From Candidatus Rokubacteria bacterium RIFCSPLOWO2_02_FULL_73_56 (lineage in GTDB: Bacteria; Methylomirabilota; Methylomirabilia; Rokubacteriales; CSP1-6), in assembly GCA_001788495.1 (NCBI GenBank), contig MGCF01000111.1:9101-73100 (forward strand): 64,000 nucleotides of DNA, in the 5' to 3' direction. Both the position numbers and the translations under genes were made by a program. A model generated the notes under the pieces. It saw nothing but the letters and a program-made list of their open reading frames with translations. It was not told the DNA's origin and searched no databases. Shown here piece after piece: positions 8,971 to 17,442 of the stretch; within the stretch, counting starts at the first letter, position 1, and each line of letters starts with the position of its first letter.

Positions 8971-10407
8971 ATGCGAGCACGGCGCTGGGCGGAGCATTTC
9001 TGGAGCGTGGCCGGGGCGGTCTCGATCCGCGTGAAGGTCATGGGGATCGTGATCGGCCTGATCCTGATGCTCGGCGTGCCCGTTACCCTGGTCGTCCATC
9101 GGGGGCTCTCCACGGCCCTCGAGCGTGAGCTCGAGGAGCGGGGCGTCGCGGTCGCGGTGAGCCTGGCGAGCCGGAGCCAGGAGCTCGTCCTGACCGATCG
9201 CCTCCTCGCGCTGTACACGCTCGCCAAGGAGACGGTGAAGAACAACAAGGGCGTGCTCTACGCGTACGTCACCGACTCGCGCGGTACGGTGCTCGTCCAC
9301 ACGTTCCCGGACGGGATGCCGGAGGGGCTGCTGAGCCTGCCCCCGCTCGTGGAGGGCGCACCGCCCAGGGTGACGCCGCTGCGCACCGAGACGGCGGTGG
9401 TCTGGAGCGTCACGGCTCCCGTCCTCGGTGGGCGGGCGGGCGCCGTGCACGTCGGCATCTCGACGAGCGAGATGCAGGCGACGGTCAGCGGGCACATTCG
9501 CGAGATCGTCGCCATCACCTCGGCGGTGCTCGTCGTCGGGACACTGCTCGGGATCGGCATGACGACGGTCCTGACGCGTCCGCTCGCGCAGCTCGCCCGC
9601 GCGGCCGAGGCCGTGGGACGCGGCGACTTCGCGTGGCGCCCGCCGGCGTGGGCGCGCGACGAGATCGGCCGGCTCGGTGCGAGCTTCGCGCAGATGGCGG
9701 AGCGGCTCGGGCACTTCCGGGACGAGCTGAGACGTCGCGACGAAGCCCGCCGGCGGCTGCTCGAGCAGATCATCACGGCGCAGGAGGAGGAGCGTCGCCG
9801 CATCGCGCGCGAGCTGCACGACGGGACGGGGCAATCGCTGACGTCGCTCACGCTGGGGCTCGCGGCGATCATCGAGTCCCGGGACCTCGACGCCGTCCAC
9901 GAGCGCGCCGCGGAGCTGCGGGTGCTGGCCGTGCGCACGCTGGACGAGGTGCACAGCCTCGCGCGCGGGCTGCGTCCGAGCATCCTCGACGACCTCGGCC
10001 TCGTCCCCGCCCTCGAGCGGCACCTGAAGGAGTACGAGGCGAGCCGCGGGCTCGCGGTGGATCTCCACGCGCGGGGCCTCGATCAGCGGCTGCCGGGTTC
10101 CGTGGAGATCGCCGTCTACCGGATCGTCCAGGAGGCGCTGACGAACATCGCCAAGCACGCGGACGCGAGCGCGGTGAGCGTGCTGCTCGAGCGCCGGGAC
10201 GACTCGGTGCGCATCATCGTCGAGGACGATGGCCGCGGGTTCGACGCGCACGCGGTGCTCGTGAGCCGGGATGCGGACCGGCGGCTGGGGCTCCACGGGA
10301 TGCACGAGCGCGCGCTCCTCCTGGGCGGGAGCCTCACCATCGAGTCGGCGCCGGGCCGAGGGACGAGTGTGTTCGCCGACATCCCGCTCGGGGAGGGCGA
10401 GACCTGA
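8971..10407 (+). CDS. Sensor histidine kinase (two TM segments with a periplasmic domain, HAMP, HisKA_3, HATPase_c)
   Basis: HAMP region (RPLAQLARAAEAVGRGDF...DEIGRLGASF), HisKA_3 H-box (RRRIARELHDGTGQSL), N box (EALTNIAKHA), and G boxes (DDGRGFD, GLHGMHERALLLGGSL). Confidence 0.9.
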   Translation: MRARRWAEHFWSVAGAVSIRVKVMGIVIGLILMLGVPVTLVVHRGLSTALERELEERGVAVAVSLASRSQELVLTDRLLALYTLAKETVKNNKGVLYAYVTDSRGTVLVHTFPDGMPEGLLSLPPLVEGAPPRVTPLRTETAVVWSVTAPVLGGRAGAVHVGISTSEMQATVSGHIREIVAITSAVLVVGTLLGIGMTTVLTRPLAQLARAAEAVGRGDFAWRPPAWARDEIGRLGASFAQMAERLGHFRDELRRRDEARRRLLEQIITAQEEERRRIARELHDGTGQSLTSLTLGLAAIIESRDLDAVHERAAELRVLAVRTLDEVHSLARGLRPSILDDLGLVPALERHLKEYEASRGLAVDLHARGLDQRLPGSVEIAVYRIVQEALTNIAKHADASAVSVLLERRDDSVRIIVEDDGRGFDAHAVLVSRDADRRLGLHGMHERALLLGGSLTIESAPGRGTSVFADIPLGEGET

Positions 10408-11060
10408 TGGCTCGCATCCGGGTGCTCCTGGCCGACGATCACGCCGTGCTCCGCGCGGGGCTGCGGGTGCTGATCAACGGCGAGCCGGACATGGAGGTCG
10501 TCGGCGAGGCGTCGACGGGGGAGGAGGCCGTGGGGCTGGCGCTGGCGGCGAAGCCGGACGTCGTCCTGCTCGATCTCACGATGCCCGGGGCGGGCGGGAT
10601 CGAGGCGACCAGGCGTATCGTGCACGACTGCCCGCCGGCCCGCGTCCTGATCCTCACGATGCACGACGACGTCGCCTATCTCCGGAGCGTGCTCGCGGCG
10701 GGGGCGTCCAGCTACGTCCTCAAGCGGTCGGCGGACACCGAGCTCCTCTCCGCGATCCGCATCACGCACCGCGGAGGGACGTACCTGGAGCCCTCCCTCG
10801 CGGGCGCCGTCGTGCAGGACGCCCTGGGACGGAGGGCGCGTCACGGCGACGCCTCGGCGAGGAACGCCCTCTCCGACCGCGAGCGGGAGGTGCTGTGTCT
10901 CGTGGCGCAGGGCCACACGAACCAGGAGATCGCCAAGCGCCTCTCGCTCTCGGTGAAGACCGTCGAGACCTACCGCGCGCGGCTCATGACCAAGCTCGGG
11001 CTGAGAACCCGCGCCGACCTGGTCCGGTACGCCCTGGCAGTCGGTCTGTTGGCTCGCTAG
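10407..11060 (+). CDS. NarL/LuxR-family response regulator (receiver plus HTH)
   Basis: ATG overlaps the kinase stop (TGATG). Receiver motifs are LLADDH, VVLLDLTMPG and ASSYVLK. The C-terminal LuxR HTH is LSDREREVLCLVAQGHTNQEIAKRLSLSVKTVETYR. Confidence 0.95.
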   Translation: MARIRVLLADDHAVLRAGLRVLINGEPDMEVVGEASTGEEAVGLALAAKPDVVLLDLTMPGAGGIEATRRIVHDCPPARVLILTMHDDVAYLRSVLAAGASSYVLKRSADTELLSAIRITHRGGTYLEPSLAGAVVQDALGRRARHGDASARNALSDREREVLCLVAQGHTNQEIAKRLSLSVKTVETYRARLMTKLGLRTRADLVRYALAVGLLAR

Positions 11061-11248
11061 GCCGTTAGGCCTTTCGGCTCAGGGGTTTCTCCCGCACTCG
11101 TCGACGAAGATATCAGGTCTTCCCCGGCAGACTGGGCGTGGCTCCCTTCCGTAGAGTGAGGCGAGGCTATGAGCACGCCACGACTCACGGGTTCGGCCGC
11201 CGCGACTCTGTTCACCCACGCCCTTCCTCACGGAACACGGAGGGTCCC

Positions 11249-13831
11249 ATGGAGCTGAGCCGTAGAAGTCTCCTGAAAGGCATCGGCGCCGTCGGAAGCC
11301 TCGCAGCGGTCAGCGTGGACTTCCCGCTGATCGCGCGCGCGGCGGAGACGGCCGCCGCGTCGGCACGGAACGTGGCCGGCGGCACACGGCGGGTGAAGAC
11401 CACCTGCTGCGTGTGCGTCAACTTCTGCGGCATCGAGGCCACCGTGCAGGACGGGGTCGTGCGCACGATCTATCCGGACGCGGCCCGGGCCGACTACTAC
11501 AATCACGGGATCTGTCCCAAGGGCGCGACGGGGATGTTCAACGTCTACGATCCCTATCGCCTCAAGAAGCCGCTCAAGCGCACCAACCCGGCGAAGGGCA
11601 TGGACCAGGATCCGCGGTGGGTGGAGATCACCTGGGAGGAAGCGTTCGCCACGGTCGCCGACCGACTCAAGAAGATCAAGGCCGACAACCCGAGCAAGCT
11701 GGTGCTGCAGTGGGGCCAGGGCAAGTACCTGATCGGCGACCAGTTCACGAAGGCTTTCGGGGACGCCTTCGGCACCCCCAACAAGGTGCACCGGACGACC
11801 ACCTGCGAGGCGGCGCGCCACATCGCGGACGAGCTGACCTGGGGCTATCACGGGTTCCTGCCGGACCTGGAGCACACCACGCTGCTGCTCAACTTCGGCG
11901 CGAACTACCACGAGGGCGAGCAGTGGGCGCGCTGGCTCGACTGGGCGACCGCCAACGGCCGGGAGCGTGGCATGAAGGTCGTGGTGATCGAGCCCCGGCT
12001 GTCCAACTGCGCGGCCAAGGCGGACCAGTGGGTGCCGGTGCGCCCCGGCAAGGACGTGGTGCTCGTCATGGCGCTCGCCCGGCTGTTGATCGACGGCGGG
12101 CACATCGACGAGGAGTTCCTGGTCACCTACACCAATGCGCCGCAGCTGGTGCGGGACGACGGCACGATCGTCACCGACACGGACGGCAAGACGCCGCTCG
12201 TGTACGACTCCGCGACCGGCAGCGCCCGCCCGTTCGGGGACGGCGTGAAGCCGGCGCTCAAGGGCGCCTGGACGCTGGACGGCACGCGCTACCGGACGGC
12301 GTTCCAGGTGTACTACGAGACCCTCGCCGCGGCGACGCCGGAATATGCCGAGGAGGTCGCGGGCGTCCCGGCCGCGACGGTGCGGGAGCTGGCCGCGGAG
12401 ATCGCGCGGCACGCGCGCATCGGCGCCACGATCACCGTCGAGGGCAAGCCCGTCCGCTACCGCCCGGTGGCGGTGCACACCTTCCGCGGCATGGCGGCCA
12501 AGGAGTACGGCGTGCAGACCTGGCGCTCCGGCATCATCCTGGAGCTGCTGATCGGCGGCGTGGACGCGGCGGGCGGCATGCTGCTCAACCACCCGTACAA
12601 CCACCCCGAGTACCTGGAAGCCTCCAAGTGCGAGTACCCGCCCAAGCGCGTAGACCTGGAAAGATCGGTCTTCTTCCCGCACGCGACCCACAACGTGGCG
12701 CAGCAGGTCAACCTCACCATCGCGGATCCGAAGGCGTTCGGGCTCCCCTACGAGCCCGCGATGCAGTTGATCTACGGCACGAACCGGCCCGTGTCCACCT
12801 CCGAGCCCCACCGCCAGTTCGCGGGCATGAAGAAGACGTTCAACGTGGTGATCGACGTGCTGCTGAGCGAGACCGCCTGGATGGCCGACATCGTGCTGCC
12901 GGACAAGGCCTACCTGGAATCGTGGCACCTGTCGCCCACCCGCTCCACGCCCGGCGCGAGCCACACCGCGATCCGCCAGGCGATCGTGAACCCGTTCAAC
13001 CTGCAGCACGACGCCTTTTCGATCTTCTGGGAGCTGGCCAAGCGCGTCGGCATGCGCGACAAGTACGTCGAGCAGATGAACAAGCAGTGGAAGCTCAAGG
13101 ACGTCAAGTTCGAGCCAGGGCGCGACTACACCGACCGGCAGTCGGTCGAGATCCTCTGGGCCGCGAAGACCAAGAAGGGCTTCCAGGTCGCGCTCGACCA
13201 CGCCTTCGTCGGCAAGAAGAAGGCGCCGGGCGAGCGCTATCTGCACGGCGTCGAGAAGGCGTTCAAGGGGCCGGGCAAGCCGAAGATCAAGCTCTACGCC
13301 GACCAACTGCTCCACACCTACGCCAGGGTGGTCGAGACCGCGAAGAAGCACAACCTCACGCTCGACCTGGCACGGTACAAGATAGCGCTCTCGCCGCTCC
13401 CGCGCACCGAGCACGCCTTCCCGACGCCCCACCGCGAGGCGCAGGGCTATCCCTTTTACCTGATCACGCACAAGCAGATGTACCGCAACCAGTCCGGCTG
13501 GTCGGCCGCCAACGCCCTGATCAACACCCTGGTCACGGACGAAAACGCCGTGTCCGTCAATGCCGCCACGGCCAGGCAGCTCGGCATCAAGGATGGCGAC
13601 CTGGTGGTGGTCGAGAGCCGGGTCGGCACGGCCAGGGGCCGCGCCCGGGTGGTACAGGGCATTCGCCCGGACACGGTGGCCGTCTCCTACCACTACGGCC
13701 AGTTCAGTCCCGGGTACGCGCCCCAGGCCCGCAAGGGGATCTACATCAACCAGGTGCTGGAGCTTCATCCCGACCTGATCGCCGGCATGAACTCCTTCAA
13801 CGACACGAAGGTCCGCCTCAGCAAGGCCTAG
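11249..13831 (+). CDS. Tat-exported molybdopterin (Mo/W-bisPGD) oxidoreductase catalytic subunit, Psr/Phs/Ttr/Arr-like clade
   Basis: GGAGG RBS, then MELSRRSLLKGIGAVG (twin-arginine signal). N-terminal [4Fe-4S] motif CxxCxxxC...C (TCCVCVNFCG...HGICPKG). Candidate Cys metal ligand in HRTTTCEAARH. C-terminal MopB/beta-barrel-like region (ATARQLGIKDGDLVVVESRVG...RVVQGIRPDTVAV). The ORF-track start at 11138 lies upstream of the Tat signal and I consider it unlikely. Confidence 0.9.
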   Translation: MELSRRSLLKGIGAVGSLAAVSVDFPLIARAAETAAASARNVAGGTRRVKTTCCVCVNFCGIEATVQDGVVRTIYPDAARADYYNHGICPKGATGMFNVYDPYRLKKPLKRTNPAKGMDQDPRWVEITWEEAFATVADRLKKIKADNPSKLVLQWGQGKYLIGDQFTKAFGDAFGTPNKVHRTTTCEAARHIADELTWGYHGFLPDLEHTTLLLNFGANYHEGEQWARWLDWATANGRERGMKVVVIEPRLSNCAAKADQWVPVRPGKDVVLVMALARLLIDGGHIDEEFLVTYTNAPQLVRDDGTIVTDTDGKTPLVYDSATGSARPFGDGVKPALKGAWTLDGTRYRTAFQVYYETLAAATPEYAEEVAGVPAATVRELAAEIARHARIGATITVEGKPVRYRPVAVHTFRGMAAKEYGVQTWRSGIILELLIGGVDAAGGMLLNHPYNHPEYLEASKCEYPPKRVDLERSVFFPHATHNVAQQVNLTIADPKAFGLPYEPAMQLIYGTNRPVSTSEPHRQFAGMKKTFNVVIDVLLSETAWMADIVLPDKAYLESWHLSPTRSTPGASHTAIRQAIVNPFNLQHDAFSIFWELAKRVGMRDKYVEQMNKQWKLKDVKFEPGRDYTDRQSVEILWAAKTKKGFQVALDHAFVGKKKAPGERYLHGVEKAFKGPGKPKIKLYADQLLHTYARVVETAKKHNLTLDLARYKIALSPLPRTEHAFPTPHREAQGYPFYLITHKQMYRNQSGWSAANALINTLVTDENAVSVNAATARQLGIKDGDLVVVESRVGTARGRARVVQGIRPDTVAVSYHYGQFSPGYAPQARKGIYINQVLELHPDLIAGMNSFNDTKVRLSKA

Positions 13832-13847
13832 AGGACAGGAGACGGGC

Positions 13848-14537
13848 ATGGCCAAGTTCGTCCGCGTGATCGACACCAAGCGGTGCATGGGCTGTCGCGC
13901 CTGCGTCGCGGCCTGCGCGGTGGAGAACTACTACGTCCCCGACGCGCCCTGGAACGTGATGATGGAGTACGAGGTCGGCACCTTCCCCAACGTCCGGAAG
14001 GTGTTCACCGCGATGAACTGCATGCACTGCGAGCACCCGTCGTGCAAGGCGGCCTGCGACGCCATCGGCGTCAAGGCGATCAGCAAGAACCGGTTCGGGG
14101 TGGTGCTGATCGACTACGACAAGTGCATCGGCTGCGGCTACTGCGCGGCTGTCTGTCCCTACGGCGTGCCGCAGATGAACACCCGTGTCGCGCCCCTGGT
14201 GCCCGGCAAGGGCGGGGTGGCCTACGAGGCGATCCCCGCCTCGGAGCGTCATCCGACCCACCGCAAGAAGGTCAAGGTCGCCGAGAAGTGCACGTTCTGC
14301 TGGCACAAGCTCGAGCGGGCCGTCGCCGACGGCAAGCAGGACCGCATCGGCAAGGACCAGGCCTACACGCCCACGTGCGACCTGGTGTGTCCGACCCAGG
14401 CGCGCGTCTTCGGCGACCTGGACGATCCGAACAGCACGGTATCTCGGGTGATCGGCGACAAGCGGGCCACGCAGCTCAAGAAGGAGTTCGGCACGCGACC
14501 CCAGGTCTACTACGTGCTCGAGGGAGGCGACTACTGA
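13848..14537 (+). CDS. Four-cluster [4Fe-4S] ferredoxin-type electron-transfer subunit (PsrB/DmsB-like)
   Basis: Four Cys groups: CMGCRACVAAC, CMHCEHPSCKAAC, CIGCGYCAAVCP and CTFC...CDLVCP. Confidence 0.9.
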   Translation: MAKFVRVIDTKRCMGCRACVAACAVENYYVPDAPWNVMMEYEVGTFPNVRKVFTAMNCMHCEHPSCKAACDAIGVKAISKNRFGVVLIDYDKCIGCGYCAAVCPYGVPQMNTRVAPLVPGKGGVAYEAIPASERHPTHRKKVKVAEKCTFCWHKLERAVADGKQDRIGKDQAYTPTCDLVCPTQARVFGDLDDPNSTVSRVIGDKRATQLKKEFGTRPQVYYVLEGGDY

Positions 14538-14881
14538 TGAAGACGCTGCTCATCGCGGTGGCGCTGGGCGCCCTCGCCGGTGGGGCCTTCGCCGCCGGAC
14601 TCGACGACACGGCTGACCGGATCAGGGCCGGGACGATCGACGTCGGCAAGAATCTCTCGATGGCGGCCGATGCCCGGTATCACACCATTCACGCGGAGAA
14701 GGTGGGGCTCGGCTGTACGACCTGCCACGTCTCCGGCTTCCCTGCCGATTATCTGCTGCTGCGCAAGGACGACCGGCTCCCCGAGAGTCAGCCCGGTCCC
14801 GTGGACCGGGCGGTCTGCCTGGGCTGCCATTCGCAAGACGGCCCGGCCACGACGTTCTACGGCCCGGCAGCCGGGAAGTGA
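14537..14881 (+). CDS. Small secreted dihaem c-type cytochrome
   Basis: ATG overlaps the stop of the FeS gene (TGATG). Signal peptide MKTLLIAVALGALAGGAFAA. Two CxxCH motifs (CTTCH, CLGCH) and extra His residues (YHTIH) that could act as distal ligands. Confidence 0.85.
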   Translation: MKTLLIAVALGALAGGAFAAGLDDTADRIRAGTIDVGKNLSMAADARYHTIHAEKVGLGCTTCHVSGFPADYLLLRKDDRLPESQPGPVDRAVCLGCHSQDGPATTFYGPAAGK

Positions 14882-15618
14882 ACAGGGTGACGCTGGAGCA
14901 GCGCGTGACCGCGGATACCCGGAGCCGGGTCTACTGGCTGCTGGCCCGGCTCTTCGGCACCAGACCGGAGCCGGAGTTGCTCGAGCGCTTGGCGGCCACG
15001 CCGCCGAGCCGCGCCGCCGACGCGGACGGCGTCGTGTCGGCGCTCGTCCATTTGCACGACACCCTGGCCCGGGAGGCGCCGCAGGCGTTGGCCGAGAGGC
15101 TGGCCCCCGAGCACACGCGGCTCTTTGGCGGGCTTCGGCGGGGCTACGGCCCCCCGCCGCCGTTCGAGTCGGTCTACCGCCGGTCGCCGAACCCGGCCGA
15201 GGTGGCGCTCGAAGTGATGGCGGCGTACGAGGCCGCGGGCTTCGGCGCCATGGACGAGGCCCTGGGACCACCGGATACCGTGAGCGCCGAGCTCGAGTTC
15301 ATGGCGCTCGCGTGCTTCCGAGAATCCGAGGCGTGGGCGCAGGGGGACGCACAGGAAGCCCTCGCCTGGCAGGAACGTCAGCGCACGTTTCTCGACGAGC
15401 ATCTGCTGGCATGGTTACCGGCGCTCTGTGACGCTCTCCGGGCCGCCACCCGCGAACCGTACTTCCGCCACGTGGCGGATCTGGCCGAGGCCACGTGCCG
15501 CGCCGACCGGGACGACCTCTCGCCGCCGGCATCCTCGCCGAGCTCGCCGACGGCGACTACGATGCCCTCGACCGGCAATACCAGGAGCTGTTCGTCGTGC
15601 CGCTCGGCCGCTACGTGA
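14878..15618 (+). CDS. TorD/DmsD-family redox-enzyme maturation chaperone (3' end uncertain)
   Basis: GTG start overlaps the cytochrome stop (GTGA). TorD-like features: RVYWLLARLF, EHTRLFGG...PPPFESVYR, SAELEFMA and FLDEHLLAWLP. The domain looks complete by about residue 214 (near 15520). The remaining tail (SPPASSPSSPTATT...) looks like out-of-frame read-through. Confidence 0.75.
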   Translation: MNRVTLEQRVTADTRSRVYWLLARLFGTRPEPELLERLAATPPSRAADADGVVSALVHLHDTLAREAPQALAERLAPEHTRLFGGLRRGYGPPPPFESVYRRSPNPAEVALEVMAAYEAAGFGAMDEALGPPDTVSAELEFMALACFRESEAWAQGDAQEALAWQERQRTFLDEHLLAWLPALCDALRAATREPYFRHVADLAEATCRADRDDLSPPASSPSSPTATTMPSTGNTRSCSSCRSAAT

Positions 15619-15689
15619 CGCCGTACGAGGCCGTGTACAGACGCGGGGAGCCCCTTGACAGAGCGCGGACAACGCCGGCGGCGCGCTAG
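15495..15689 (+). pseudogene. Truncated N-terminal remnant of a second TorD-like chaperone copy
   Basis: In a different frame from the upstream chaperone the translation gives LAAGILAELADGDYDALDRQYQELFVVPLGRYVTPYEAVYRRGEP. This repeats the TorD (Y/H)xxLF...P(Y/F)ESVY signature and then stops after about 64 codons. Confidence 0.55.
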
Positions 15690-15994
15690 CCGCCCGCCGG
15701 GACGCTCCGGGGCGTCGCAGGACGTCGCGGCCCGGGCGACAGGAGATTCGCGCACTCGATGAAGCAGTCGAGCGCGGTCACCAGCTCCCCCAGATTGCTT
15801 CGGGGGGGCACCTCGACGGTGAGCTCGCGGCGGTCGGCGGTCACCTTCGCCCCGGTGAGCGGCGCGGACAGCGCGTGCGTCTTGAAGTACTGGATCCAGG
15901 CGGCCTCGGGCTGGCGGTTGAGCTTGAGGTGGATGAGCAGCCGACCGTCGCCCTGCTCGAACCTGGGCGCACCGACACGGCGGATCCCCACCAT
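15686..15994 (-). CDS. Hypothetical small protein (102 aa)
   Basis: ATG at 15994, with GC3-rich codon usage throughout (MVGIRRVGAPRFEQGDGRLLIHLKLNRQPEAAWIQYFKTHA...LDCFIECANLL). I recognise no family. It is the last gene of the minus-strand cluster. Confidence 0.5.
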   Translation of the reverse strand: MVGIRRVGAPRFEQGDGRLLIHLKLNRQPEAAWIQYFKTHALSAPLTGAKVTADRRELTVEVPPRSNLGELVTALDCFIECANLLSPGPRRPATPRSVPAGG

Positions 15995-16164
15995 GGCCGT
16001 CTCCCCGTCGCCAAGCCCGGCCGCGCCGCCTCCCTCGTGGAGGACGCGGCGTGCCGCGGAGCAAGGGGCAGCATCGCGCATGCCACCGGCCGATCGCGCC
16101 CGAAATCGAGGACTTGCGCCCGGCGCGCCGGGGCACGCTGGCACCCCTGTCGGCGGCCTGACGC

Positions 16165-17442
16165 TCAGGCGCTTGCGGCGAGGGCCTCGTCGAACGCGTC
16201 GAGCGTCTGGGCAATGTCCGGGTCCGAGTGGGCGAGCGAGATGTACATCTTGGCCCCCGGGATCACGAAGACGCCCCGGCGGATCAGCTCGAGGCCGAGG
16301 CGCCCCGCGCGCTTGCCGTCGGCGCGGCGCAGGTCGCGCTCGGTCGCGATGGGCCCCGCCGGGTCGAGGAACACGGGCTGGGCGATCGGGCCCTCGCCGA
16401 GCGCCTGGAGCCCGACGCCGCGGCGCGCGGCCACCTGCGCCAGGCCCTCGCGCAGCATGCGGCCGAGCGCGGCCAGGCGCGCGTAGACGCCGGGCCCCGC
16501 GAGCTCGTCGAGCGCGGCGAGCCCCGCGGCGCAGGCGAGGGGGTTGCCCGAGAGCGTGCCCGAGAGGAGCGCGTAGTCGAGCGTGCCCTTGCGCGCCGGA
16601 TCGGCGGTGCCCATGACGTCGGCGCGGCCGCCGACGGCGGCGAGCGAGTAGCCGCAGGTGAGCGCCTTGCCGTAGGTCGCGAGGTCGGGCATCACGCCGT
16701 AGAACTCCTGCGCCCCGCCCCACGCGAGCCTGAAGCCCGTGACCACCTCGTCGAAGATCAGCAGGCACCCGTGGCGGTCGGCGAGCGCGCGCAGCCCCGC
16801 GAGGAACCCCGGCGCGGGACGCAGCGCCCGCTGGAGCGGCTCGACGATGATCGCGGCGACGTCGCGCCCGTGGACGGCGAGGACCTCCTCCGTCGTCCCG
16901 AGGTCGTTGAACGGCGCCACGAGCACGCTCTCGAGCGCGCCCTTGGGCACGCCGCCCACGTCGGGCCGCGCGGTCGGGAAGGGCGCCTCGCTCCACGCGA
17001 AGTTGCCCGTCATCGCGTAGTCGTGCAGGCCGTGCCAGCCGCCCTCGAACTTCACGATCTTCTCGCGCCCCGTGAAGGTGCGCGCCATGCGGATCGCGAA
17101 CATCGTGGCCTCGGTGCCGGTCGAGACGAAGCGGACCCTGTCGGCGCACGGCACGGCCGCGCACAGGCGCTCGGCCAGGCGGATCATGGGCTCGCTGAGC
17201 CACTGGTAGGTCGAGCCCTTCGCCGCCTGGGCCTGGACGGCGGCGACGACGGCCGGCGGCGCGTGGCCGAGGAGCAGCGGGCCCGAGCCGAGCACATAGT
17301 CGATGTAGGCGCGCCCGCGCGTATCCCACACGCGGCTGCCCTCGCCGCGCGCCACGACGAACGCGACGTCGGGCGGCAGCGTCCACATCCAGGAGGAGCC
17401 GCCGGGCAGGTACTTGAACGCGCGCGCGAGCAGGTCGTCCAT
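16165..17442 (-). CDS. Class-III PLP aminotransferase, glutamate-1-semialdehyde 2,1-aminomutase-like
   Basis: HemL-like pattern: YLPGG, GSGPLLLGHA, FVSTGTEATM, LLIFDEVVTGFR and PDLATYGKALTCGYSLAAVGG (PLP lysine). The start shares 1 nt with the upstream ligase stop (ATGA on the minus strand). Confidence 0.85.
   Translation of the reverse strand: MDDLLARAFKYLPGGSSWMWTLPPDVAFVVARGEGSRVWDTRGRAYIDYVLGSGPLLLGHAPPAVVAAVQAQAAKGSTYQWLSEPMIRLAERLCAAVPCADRVRFVSTGTEATMFAIRMARTFTGREKIVKFEGGWHGLHDYAMTGNFAWSEAPFPTARPDVGGVPKGALESVLVAPFNDLGTTEEVLAVHGRDVAAIIVEPLQRALRPAPGFLAGLRALADRHGCLLIFDEVVTGFRLAWGGAQEFYGVMPDLATYGKALTCGYSLAAVGGRADVMGTADPARKGTLDYALLSGTLSGNPLACAAGLAALDELAGPGVYARLAALGRMLREGLAQVAARRGVGLQALGEGPIAQPVFLDPAGPIATERDLRRADGKRAGRLGLELIRRGVFVIPGAKMYISLAHSDPDIAQTLDAFDEALAASA

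Noticed and set aside
11061-11248. The 188-nt leader upstream of the Mo-enzyme gene, inspected for a Moco riboswitch or NarL-type heptamer sites.
   Set aside because: I could not recognise the conserved Moco-motif elements or convincing paired heptamers by eye. A covariance-model scan would be needed before claiming anything.
15686-15689. A shared CTAG in which convergent stop codons overlap, considered as a specific recombination junction marker.
   Set aside because: The same CTAG stop-stop overlap occurs at 48273-48276 between two unrelated intact genes. It is therefore a compositional coincidence, not evidence on its own. The truncated TorD-like copy is the real evidence for a rearrangement.
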